Shown piece after piece: positions 46,501 to 53,783 of a stretch of DNA of 64,000 bases. This stretch comes from a virus (taxonomy: Duplodnaviria; Caudoviricetes): the IMG/VR virus record IMGVR_UViG_3300005201_000042, positions 1 to 64,000 of that record; one strand, written 5' to 3'. Position 1 is the first letter of the stretch; every line of letters begins with the position of its first letter. Below the pieces are notes generated by a model that ran no database searches, was not told where the DNA came from, and worked only from the letters and a program-made list of their open reading frames with translations. Made by a program: the position numbers and the translations under genes.

Positions 46501-47125
46501 GACTATTTCAGAACAAGACCCTGACTCTGGTGTTATTAAAATAGACACAAAACTTGCCGAGGGTAATTTACCGCCAGACCAGCAGGTTAAGTACGCAGGC
46601 GATGAAGATAAACCTGTGGACGAAAACACTCTAGAAAATGTGGCTGATTCTATTTCCGATGAGGAAGAAGAGGAATTAGCCACTCAGATTGACGAAGCTT
46701 CTCTTTCTGGTTCTCCTAGGAATGATAATGAGAAGTTCATGCACGAGTGGTCTTTCCAGCGGTTTAAACCTAATACTTATACAGACTTGTATCCTAATAA
46801 TTATCATGCTAGTCTTATAACAAGTTCACCAGACAAAGATTATGAACCTGCTAAGTCTTATGTAAGAAACTGGTTGGACAGTATTTGTAAGAGTGTTCAA
46901 GCGAACCTAAAAAAGAAGGGTGTTGTTTCTACAATAAGTCCTGTAACAGGTTTGACTTGGAAAGTAGCAGTAGGTCAGAAGGATGTTCTTAAAATAGACC
47001 TTTCCTTCCCTTCTGGTAATTACTGCTTTAGTTATACATATTTAGATAGAACAAGTAAATCATTTTCAGGAAAGACTATGAAAATGGATGCTTTAATACA
47101 GCTTGTTCCAAAGGTTGGGGTTTGA
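43514..47125 (+). CDS. large modular virion protein: RVSDH domain, GNAT-like domain, two WISP domains, SWIM Zn finger, acidic region, tail module
   Basis: start moved from 43412 because a terminator and late motif lie upstream; CSCPDF...CKH SWIM; EDNKACKRYE GNAT-like. Confidence 0.65.
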   Translation: MNNFVSVSSKPLVIRISSSANPGYISKAVTTVKRFLDNVGAWYKYHRSNKSNSEYFLVERPNDRMSPEVDVRVSDHNLPHVYDQPDLDIDPSSPGRIGSYSVPEALDLLEGFFDGEYVNIVEGEPIVSSKTYTPLYYGNRKGIIKSSRREATLERFNKIEQTQPDVWRILHTKASDPSMQGYNTLLGVGSWDYHQDSTLAGLIRDSWKKGYTTFFLEDNEVVHGFLAFMVSGDTIYNVKTFSVVRDVKNGEDLKRFVRDYVPNYNLVWEAREDNKACKRYEDITRLYGGTVTPSTENPNHLIFKIRKGSVPNSTRVSLHSHSRLEQSYKNRFSSSSPTVCSEFGASFKQFSLENSSSAIKNRRFTRNIKILSTFNEQAYSDWFLEESSRFLGKSEDEVLSLPNYKDKLDTFLDEAREWHSMSQEERERWYLSGAGRTICTSSVVRFLWADKSYPSLYSKLSQGNINKSMGRKFIFNSKEMLSGGVWISPSGDMFGVPLTHIKAVIEDPAKFGLSVEQLKAIYNKHNEGIGSEGDARDEVISLLIFNGWVRIRFYPGEYFHVELNKLSQKYKNVLFSWASKVISKSPEKKALSVIICERLGNFEYSFKLEDLQVSFVSSGKTGDLAYWISPSGELISTHGSHTSTVVETPEVFGFTEEEVNTLFSVGEEEAVLKCLIGNGWIRLRYQAGCYFVSVLSLSPETQQRLQNWALHEGNEDKDTTVIIEMLVSFNVIKVTLRDVSRGVFSHDASLPIHSSVDYDEWSLIPSSLRTIGNAQLIESATIQDLLDENDKNPEFTHRAEHLDATKAQGDSEITRCYASTVELRTKSEHFKENNTYYRQWVLFKDFVSIARDKKIKLEDAVDYAINFCDITIRCSCPDFLYRGYSYMGDQLGYLYGLPREKRFPKRNNPNLKLAVCKHSDIALEHLLKNKEKLIKMFGVYYKRIKETPPDTMIAVPAKAAEEKKEESIEDFLAGFDEDGNKISEEKADLKEDDGVETISEQDPDSGVIKIDTKLAEGNLPPDQQVKYAGDEDKPVDENTLENVADSISDEEEEELATQIDEASLSGSPRNDNEKFMHEWSFQRFKPNTYTDLYPNNYHASLITSSPDKDYEPAKSYVRNWLDSICKSVQANLKKKGVVSTISPVTGLTWKVAVGQKDVLKIDLSFPSGNYCFSYTYLDRTSKSFSGKTMKMDALIQLVPKVGV
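43906..43944 (+). promoter_or_regulatory. early promoter embedded in CDS
   Basis: TTATACACCC-TTGTAT-N17-TATTAT. Confidence 0.65.
46777..46815 (+). promoter_or_regulatory. early promoter embedded in CDS
   Basis: TTATACAGAC-TTGTAT-N17-TAGTCT with extended TG. Confidence 0.65.
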
Positions 47126-47126
47126 T

Positions 47127-47459
47127 ATGCCTAAGTTTAAAGATGAGACTGACAGGCTTTTGTTTGAGGGTATAAAAAGTCTCTCTCCTGAGTCTTTTGT
47201 TAGGCTTAAGGGTGAGATTGAGCAAGCAAGAGCTTCTTATCCAAATATGTTTTCTAGTTCTCTTGTTACTAGCTCAGTTAATGGAAAGCAAAGAAGGAAA
47301 TCTGGAAAACCAACAGAAGATGAAGAAATTAGATCTGATAATTCTCACTTGGTTGTTCGGGGTCTAAATAAAGAGGAAAGAATCGCTTTGTTGTTAAAAG
47401 CTCATCCTTCTTATTCTTATGAGGCTATTTCTTCTCTCGTAGATGGCAATTATGAATAA
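47127..47459 (+). CDS. hypothetical protein, paralog of 28406-28636 with extension
   Basis: LSPES...YPNMFSSS. Confidence 0.6.
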   Translation: MPKFKDETDRLLFEGIKSLSPESFVRLKGEIEQARASYPNMFSSSLVTSSVNGKQRRKSGKPTEDEEIRSDNSHLVVRGLNKEERIALLLKAHPSYSYEAISSLVDGNYE

Positions 47460-47826
47460 TAAAGAAGAATTTTTAACGGCTTATCGTGCTGTTGTTGAAC
47501 GAGCTTTAAAGCTTTCTGAAGTGGCTCGGCGTGAGGGTTTATTAGCTTTAGAAGAATCTATTGACGTGGACAAAGCTAGGAATCGAGATGTTTTCGAATA
47601 TGGGCTTCAGTTTGTTGTCGATGGTACAGAGCCAGCAATACTAAATAAGATATTATCCAATATAATTGAGCAAGAAGAGAACGTTTATAAATCGCATTTA
47701 ATGGTCATTCAAAAAGAGGCTGTTTTGGCTATCCAAGAAGGAATGACTGTTAGACTTCTTGCTTGTCTTTTAAACTCCTATTCTGATCTTCCATTAAGTG
47801 ACCCTATCTTCGGTTTGCAAGATTAA
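47443..47826 (+). CDS. soluble MotA cytoplasmic-domain-like protein
   Basis: ARREGLLALEE and YGLQFVVDGTEP match the MotA loop; no transmembrane helices. Confidence 0.75.
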   Translation: MAIMNNKEEFLTAYRAVVERALKLSEVARREGLLALEESIDVDKARNRDVFEYGLQFVVDGTEPAILNKILSNIIEQEENVYKSHLMVIQKEAVLAIQEGMTVRLLACLLNSYSDLPLSDPIFGLQD

Positions 47827-47835
47827 ATTAAATAG

Positions 47836-47873
47836 TTATACACTCTTGTTATATTATTCTCTTGTGTTAATGT
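47836..47873 (+). promoter_or_regulatory. early promoter family copy
   Basis: TTATACACTC-TTGTTA-N16-TAATGT. Confidence 0.7.
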
Positions 47874-47905
47874 TAATATATCAAATTTTATTAAGAAGTG
47901 AGTTT

Positions 47906-48337
47906 ATGAAAAAGGAATTTAATTTTAGGTCAGATGGTTTGGAGATTAACGGGAAATTTTATAAAGGTCAGTGGTTAAGTGACCGTTGGCATAACGGAGA
48001 AGTTACTTCCACACTCCCTGCACCACCTGTAGAGTTCCATGTTCCTCAGAAATCGAACTTTCCAAAGAATACAGGGCTGGATTTTGTTCTTGGTACCCGT
48101 CCGAATAGAGTAGGAATTATTTTTGATGTGGTAGTTTTTGATACTAACCATGAATTTTACAATAAGGCTTTAAAATCTTGGGTTGCTTATGTAACCAACG
48201 ATTTAACTGAAACTGCGTCTAACTTTAAAGATTTGCTTACAAAAGATGATTACCCTGAGTATGCAAAGAAGTATGTATCTGATCTTCTTGATAATAACCT
48301 GAGAAATCAAGCTATTTTGAAAAGTTTGGTGGCTTAA
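47906..48337 (+). CDS. hypothetical protein
   Basis: start moved to the ATG downstream of the promoter. Confidence 0.55.
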   Translation: MKKEFNFRSDGLEINGKFYKGQWLSDRWHNGEVTSTLPAPPVEFHVPQKSNFPKNTGLDFVLGTRPNRVGIIFDVVVFDTNHEFYNKALKSWVAYVTNDLTETASNFKDLLTKDDYPEYAKKYVSDLLDNNLRNQAILKSLVA

Positions 48338-48364
48338 TTTTAATTAAATCTTGCCTAACTTAAC

Positions 48365-48397
48365 GCCATCCTTCGGGATGGCTTTTTGTTTTATATA
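48365..48397 (+). terminator. terminator fused to late promoter, copy 2
   Basis: GCCATCC-TTCG-GGATGGC-TTTTT then TTTATATA (48390-48397). Confidence 0.85.
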
Positions 48398-48402
48398 TCA
48401 TT

Positions 48403-48897
48403 ATGGGTTATGAAAATCTCTCTACTTATGATTTCTTTTTACGGTTTCAAGATAAGTGTTTAGAAAAAGTTGGCCAACCTTGTACTATTTGGGTTCCTAA
48501 ACAACAAGTAACTCTTGGGTATGAGGATCTGGGTAAATGGGTTGAGCAATGGACAGGGGTTTCTAACATTTCTAATTCCTTTTCTGTTTTTCAAGCAAAT
48601 ATTTGGATTGAGTTTAATGTTAAGCGTGGTGTTTATTACCACTTTAATTTAGATCCTAATGATGAAGATAATAAACAACTTGTAATGGCTTATCTCCCTA
48701 CAAATTCTCTTGTTCGTGAAGGAGCTTTTATTAGAACGGCTGTTTCTGATGGGGCTAGTGTTTGGGGTGACCATACATTCTCTGTTGTAAGGGTAGTTGA
48801 GGAAGGGCAATTTAAAACTTTAAAGCGTACTTATTTTCTTCGTCCAGTTGTTTCTGCTGAGTTAAATAGTTTATTGGATGTCAGGAGTGTAAAGTGA
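48403..48897 (+). CDS. putative neck protein
   Basis: position; beta-rich head-closure-like pattern. Confidence 0.45.
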   Translation: MGYENLSTYDFFLRFQDKCLEKVGQPCTIWVPKQQVTLGYEDLGKWVEQWTGVSNISNSFSVFQANIWIEFNVKRGVYYHFNLDPNDEDNKQLVMAYLPTNSLVREGAFIRTAVSDGASVWGDHTFSVVRVVEEGQFKTLKRTYFLRPVVSAELNSLLDVRSVK

Positions 48898-49592
48898 TAG
48901 GAGGTAATCTTTCCACTTACGTAACTTTTAAGTTATTTCAACTTTTTAAAGATCGTCTCCTTCCCCTTGTGAATGAGTATCGGAGAGATGATAAAACTAC
49001 TGACATTTACAAACACATCTTCCTTGCACCTGAATCTTTCTCAAAAAAACGAGCTTTTCAGGTTAGGGGTGTGTCTTCTCCCTTTGTTTGTTTGTGGGCG
49101 GCTTCTCCTTTGTCTTATAATAAGGCTTTTTACTCACGGTCTGTTCTTCCCATTGATTTTGAGTATACAGACTGTTTAAAGTGTGATCCCTGCACAAAAG
49201 ATAAAGACTGTCCAGGTTTAAAGATGGACAGAGGTTTTCTTTACGATTACGAGCAGAAATTTGAATTATCCTCTAGTTCTTTCTTTGCAGACTTTAGGGC
49301 ATCTATCATGCAAGATTTATTGGGCATGGATCGGATTCGATATTTCGATATTAATGTTGATGAGCTTTTACCCGGATACTCTTGTAAAATAGAACTTCTG
49401 TTAGAAAATTTAGTTCAAAATGAGACTGTTGATCAGGTTGGTGGTAACAGGTCTTTTGATTTAGGTGCTAAATACAACTTAAAAATAACTCTTCCAGTTC
49501 TTTCTAAACCAGAGTTATACATAACAAAAATTAAAGCTTTCTCTGCTAACTTAGCAGATTGGTTAGCAGAATCTAAAGAACTAACTCCTTAA
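48894..49592 (+). CDS. putative tail terminator/completion protein
   Basis: position before sheath. Confidence 0.45.
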   Translation: MIGGNLSTYVTFKLFQLFKDRLLPLVNEYRRDDKTTDIYKHIFLAPESFSKKRAFQVRGVSSPFVCLWAASPLSYNKAFYSRSVLPIDFEYTDCLKCDPCTKDKDCPGLKMDRGFLYDYEQKFELSSSSFFADFRASIMQDLLGMDRIRYFDINVDELLPGYSCKIELLLENLVQNETVDQVGGNRSFDLGAKYNLKITLPVLSKPELYITKIKAFSANLADWLAESKELTP

Positions 49593-49601
49593 TTTATTTG
49601 C

Positions 49602-49609
49602 TTTATATA
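49602..49609 (+). promoter_or_regulatory. late promoter motif TTTATATA
   Basis: upstream of the sheath operon. Confidence 0.6.
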
Positions 49610-49627
49610 TCACTGACGGAGGTTGTG

Positions 49628-49897
49628 ATGGCTTTTGTAATAAAAAATTCAAGTCGGTATGTGGGAGAGGTTCAGATTAATGGTGAATGGGTTATTGTTC
49701 ATCCAGGCGAGTCTGTCACTTCTAAAGTGAAGCCTCCACCTTTATCTCCAAATCTAAAAGTATATTTTGTTGATGATACTAAAGTAAATGCACAAAGGTC
49801 TACTCATAAAAAAGATCAAAAGGGAAAGAACCAGGACAAAACCTCTGATAAAGGTGTTGCTTCAGATGCATCTGTTCCTTCCAGTCCTATATCTTAA
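49628..49897 (+). CDS. small protein preceding sheath
   Basis: RBS GGAGG. Confidence 0.5.
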   Translation: MAFVIKNSSRYVGEVQINGEWVIVHPGESVTSKVKPPPLSPNLKVYFVDDTKVNAQRSTHKKDQKGKNQDKTSDKGVASDASVPSSPIS

Positions 49898-49908
49898 CGG
49901 AGAATTTT

Positions 49909-51468
49909 ATGGATAAAAAATCGGGAGTTTATTACTATTTATCAGATAATTCACTTCGTGTTGGCGGTAGCTCTTCTTTTGCAGGCATCGTTCCTATGTA
50001 CACTGTAAAAGGTGACGTGGGTAAATTAATCAAGGTAAATGCTAGGGATTATCGGGAGAAATTGGGGTTTGACCTATCTTACAATCAAAATTATGTGGGT
50101 TTAGATAGAATTCTTTCTTCAGTGGCAAATGTTGAAGTCTTACGTTGTAACTTAAGTCCGACAGTTGCTTATAAGATATGGGAGGAGGATGGTGATCCTC
50201 TTGTTTACGTTCCTGATGCTTATGGCAGTGCAGACGCTGTAGAGGGGGCTTCTCTTTTAAATACTGTTTGGGTAGCAATGACTTCTCCAGGGTCATGGGG
50301 GGATAATCATTTTGTTTGTTTTTCTGTGGAGGGTACTATAGGGAATATAGATGCAGTCTATACTCTTCATAATTATACTGTGGTTAAGGGGGTCTCTTCA
50401 CTTATTGGAAACTACAAATTCTCTCTTTCTGAGGCCTCAGATATTTATTATAAGAATATTTCCTTTGGGGATATAGTTTTTGGTTTTAAAGGTGATTTTC
50501 CGTCTGACCCATCATTTTTTGTAGATGTTGCTCGTGATGGTCTTCCTAACGATCCTATTTACAGATTGCATCCAGGTAGTAATGGCTCTAAGGTGTCCTC
50601 TGCTCTGGATGTTTCTGGTCTTTTTGCTGCTATAGACAAGTCACCGGCAAATATAGTGGTAATGAATGGTTTTATTGAGGCTCCTGAAAATAGGGATCAG
50701 GGGGTGGCTGTTATCCAAGCTATCTATAATTACTGTGGTCAACAAGACAGGTCAGTTCTATTGGATGCCCCTGTTCTTACAGAGTCAGGTATATTAAGGG
50801 CTTCTGAGGGTTTATATGAGTGGTCTAAAAATCTTCTAAGCAGGGAGTTTGGGCAGTTTGTTCAGGTAGCAGCCAGACCAGATCAAATGGTTATTGACGA
50901 TGTTACTATCCTAATACAGCCATCTGTTTTCTTGTTTCAGATTTACGCAAGGATGTTTGCTAATTACGGTCATATTAATTTTGTTCCTGCAGGTAATACT
51001 TACGGGTCTGTCTCGGTTAGTAATCTTATGGATTCTGATTTCCATTTGTACGGAGATGAGCTTAAGACAAATAGGATTAATTACTTGACTGATACTTCTC
51101 AGGGAGTTTGTATGTGGGAGTATCGAACCTTGTACAATCAAGGAGGTTCAGACTTATCCTATTCTAATACTCCATATATTTTAAGAGATTTAAAAGGGCG
51201 ATTGATGTCATTTATGGAAAATTTTACTTTTAGGTATTCTACTCCTATTGACTTACTAACAATTCGTTCTGGTTTAGATTCTATATTAAGTTACTTTGTA
51301 AGGAATTTTTTCTTAGTGAATTATGTTTTGAATGTCCCTTCTTTTGAGGAAGCTCAAGCGGCTGGTAGGGAATTAGATATTGAAATAGCTGTTGCAGTTA
51401 TTAATTCTGCAGATGTAATTACCCTCAAGGTTAATCTCCAGAATGCGGCTAGTTTAAGGGCATCTTAA
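49909..51468 (+). CDS. tail sheath protein
   Basis: VLLDAP, NRINYL, RTL..SDLSY, IAVAVINSADVITLKV. Confidence 0.82.
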   Translation: MDKKSGVYYYLSDNSLRVGGSSSFAGIVPMYTVKGDVGKLIKVNARDYREKLGFDLSYNQNYVGLDRILSSVANVEVLRCNLSPTVAYKIWEEDGDPLVYVPDAYGSADAVEGASLLNTVWVAMTSPGSWGDNHFVCFSVEGTIGNIDAVYTLHNYTVVKGVSSLIGNYKFSLSEASDIYYKNISFGDIVFGFKGDFPSDPSFFVDVARDGLPNDPIYRLHPGSNGSKVSSALDVSGLFAAIDKSPANIVVMNGFIEAPENRDQGVAVIQAIYNYCGQQDRSVLLDAPVLTESGILRASEGLYEWSKNLLSREFGQFVQVAARPDQMVIDDVTILIQPSVFLFQIYARMFANYGHINFVPAGNTYGSVSVSNLMDSDFHLYGDELKTNRINYLTDTSQGVCMWEYRTLYNQGGSDLSYSNTPYILRDLKGRLMSFMENFTFRYSTPIDLLTIRSGLDSILSYFVRNFFLVNYVLNVPSFEEAQAAGRELDIEIAVAVINSADVITLKVNLQNAASLRAS

Positions 51469-51479
51469 GGAGGTAGTAG

Positions 51480-52076
51480 ATGTTTAAGATTTTGGATAAA
51501 TTATTACTTTCAGGTATGTCTCTTTCGATTACAGATATGAAAACAAGTGTAGGGGAGCTTCAGCGTAATTATTTATTTAAGTTAGAAGTTGAGAGCTACC
51601 CGTCATTAGTTGACGCTGAGTTTGATAAAGCAAAGTCTCTTAGTAAGGGTGTTGACTTGTATTTAACAAAGGGTATTTGGCCTGAGAGGAAGACTAATCC
51701 TATTGCTGTTCCGTGGTCAGGGGAGACTTATTATCACTCTGGTAAAGACGAGTCTAATAAGATAGGTCAGCTAACCTTCAGGTTAGATGAAGGCATGGCT
51801 ATTAAAGATTTCTGGGAGGCTTGTAAAAATTTAACTGGAAATCTGGAGAATCACGCGGCTATTAATAAACCCTTTCAAACTCTTACTTTGGGTATTTATA
51901 TGGTGAATGTGGGTAAGAATAAAGTAACTGATTATAGAAGGCTTGTGGATGTTCTGGTTTATTCTGTGGAGACTCTTGATCTTGGGAAGGAGAGTGATGG
52001 TATTGCTACATTTACGGTAAGCATTTCTTGGGATAGGCAAGAAAAAGACAATTCTAAACGTGGTCAGACTATTTAG
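51480..52076 (+). CDS. tail tube protein (gp19-like)
   Basis: RNYLFKL, VPWSGETYYHSG, LDL...IATFTVSISWD. Confidence 0.78.
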   Translation: MFKILDKLLLSGMSLSITDMKTSVGELQRNYLFKLEVESYPSLVDAEFDKAKSLSKGVDLYLTKGIWPERKTNPIAVPWSGETYYHSGKDESNKIGQLTFRLDEGMAIKDFWEACKNLTGNLENHAAINKPFQTLTLGIYMVNVGKNKVTDYRRLVDVLVYSVETLDLGKESDGIATFTVSISWDRQEKDNSKRGQTI

Positions 52077-52093
52077 GCAAGGAAGGATGATGA

Positions 52094-52795
52094 ATGGCTG
52101 TCGGTCTTCCAGGTGGTATGGGTATTCCAGGAATATCAAATTCTCCAGCATTTATAACTGGTGAGCCTCGCAGAGAGTATTTATTTAAGTTTTTGTTGGT
52201 GTCTGCTCTTTCTCCATCTGAGAAAAAGAAGCCTTCATGGGTTATTTCTTTACTTTCAAATGTGTTTTTGACCTATGTGTCCAGTTTGGCAGAGCAGGTT
52301 AATTTACCTCCTTCTAAACTTACGATTGGAAATGTGGCATTAAGCACCCTGCAATATCCTTATGTTAAAGGTTTTGAGACCCCGAATTTTTCTGTGGTTT
52401 ATTTGGAAGATGAGTTAGGGTCTGTCTTCAGGTTTCATAAGATGTGGCAGGATAATATAAGGGGTTCTTCTGAAGATGTAGATTCTCTTACAGGTGGGGA
52501 TAAAGTTTCTGGTGGTTCTGGACTTCAATTTGAACCTTTGGGGAATGTTTGTTGTACAGCTGTTTACTCCCCTACGAAGCCTTTACCATTACCTATTCCC
52601 TTGCCTGTGGATCTTCCTTTAGGTGCAGATGTTTTCCCTTATGTTTTTCCTTCGGAGATTCAACGGTCACCTGCTAATAAAAGCGGGGCAAATTTAGCAA
52701 AAGTGACAGTAACGTATACGAGGGTACCAGATATTAGTGAGTGGAACTACTCCAAAAGAGGGTCAAAAGCGGTTTCATTGAAAGATGTAGATTAG
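52094..52795 (+). CDS. tube-like baseplate protein (gp48/gp54-like)
   Basis: REYLFKF, VNLPPSKL, tube fold pattern. Confidence 0.55.
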   Translation: MAVGLPGGMGIPGISNSPAFITGEPRREYLFKFLLVSALSPSEKKKPSWVISLLSNVFLTYVSSLAEQVNLPPSKLTIGNVALSTLQYPYVKGFETPNFSVVYLEDELGSVFRFHKMWQDNIRGSSEDVDSLTGGDKVSGGSGLQFEPLGNVCCTAVYSPTKPLPLPIPLPVDLPLGADVFPYVFPSEIQRSPANKSGANLAKVTVTYTRVPDISEWNYSKRGSKAVSLKDVD

Positions 52796-52804
52796 GAGGG
52801 ATTT

Positions 52805-53578
52805 ATGGGAAGAACAAAGTTTAAGTTAGCTACGGGGTCTCTTTCATACTTGAAAGAAGTTACAATCGATTTGGAGTTAAAGGCTAAACATTACGATGCT
52901 TTAGTGGCAGCAGATGAGAATTCATATGAACGTGCTGTGTTGGGTGCTTTAAAGGATTTAATGGATGAAGACCCATTTCAGTTGACAATGCAAGAGTTAT
53001 ATCACTTGTGGTTATATGTGAAGGTCACTTCTCTTGGGTCTAAGATCACAACTAACGTGCGGTGTAGACACATTGTACGTGATTCTCATGGGGATCGTGA
53101 GTGTGGCTGTCTTAACACTACGGACTACTCTCTTTTGGAGTCTGATATTGTTTACGCATCTAAAGATTTCAAAATTCCTGAGATCACATTTATTTCTGGG
53201 GGTAAATCACAGCTTTATGAGATTCGTCCACCGACAATGGCTCAGGAGTTGGACTTATTTGCTTACTTTCAAGAGAAAGGTGTTTCAAAGAGCTCTCTTT
53301 TGGAAGATAAATTGCAAACTTTAGAGTATGCAAAACATCGCATATTAATTCACTTAAGGAATAAGGAAACTGGAGACAGTTTTTTTGATCGTCAACAGCG
53401 GGAGATGGCTGTTAAAGACATAGCAGATAATTCTTTATTGTTTCTAAAAACTGCGGGGGAGAAGATGAAGCAGGTTAATTCTTTTGGAGTTTCTCATCAG
53501 CGAATGAATTTAATTTGTAAGGAGTGTGGTGGAAAGTTATCTTTCCACCTACCTCTGCAAGCTGGATTATCTATGTAA
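52805..53578 (+). CDS. baseplate hub/tail assembly chaperone (gp26-like)
   Basis: IRPPT, CRH..CGC and CKECG Zn pairs. Confidence 0.65.
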   Translation: MGRTKFKLATGSLSYLKEVTIDLELKAKHYDALVAADENSYERAVLGALKDLMDEDPFQLTMQELYHLWLYVKVTSLGSKITTNVRCRHIVRDSHGDRECGCLNTTDYSLLESDIVYASKDFKIPEITFISGGKSQLYEIRPPTMAQELDLFAYFQEKGVSKSSLLEDKLQTLEYAKHRILIHLRNKETGDSFFDRQQREMAVKDIADNSLLFLKTAGEKMKQVNSFGVSHQRMNLICKECGGKLSFHLPLQAGLSM

Positions 53579-53783
53579 TTATGGTGATGATGTATTTCAT
53601 CTTCATAAGAATGTTATTGTGCCATTATGCTGGCTTGGGTTTGGGTCAATAAAGGATTTATTAGATTTACCGATTTCTTTACTTAATCGGTATTCAAAGA
53701 TAATGGAGGAAGAAGGGATGATGGATAAATTTCATTCTTTTAGAGACCCTTATTATAGGTCTAAGCTAAGAGGGCTTTTCTAA
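53526..53783 (+). CDS. tail assembly chaperone C-terminal partner
   Basis: lies between chaperone and TMP; overlaps the upstream gene in the +1 frame; start uncertain. Confidence 0.45.
   Translation: MVESYLSTYLCKLDYLCNYGDDVFHLHKNVIVPLCWLGFGSIKDLLDLPISLLNRYSKIMEEEGMMDKFHSFRDPYYRSKLRGLF

Noticed and set aside
5825-47873. Dispersed TTATACACCCTTG repeats as a CRISPR array or IS ends
   Set aside because: They are not regularly spaced, there are no cas or transposase genes, and the -35/-10 geometry explains them
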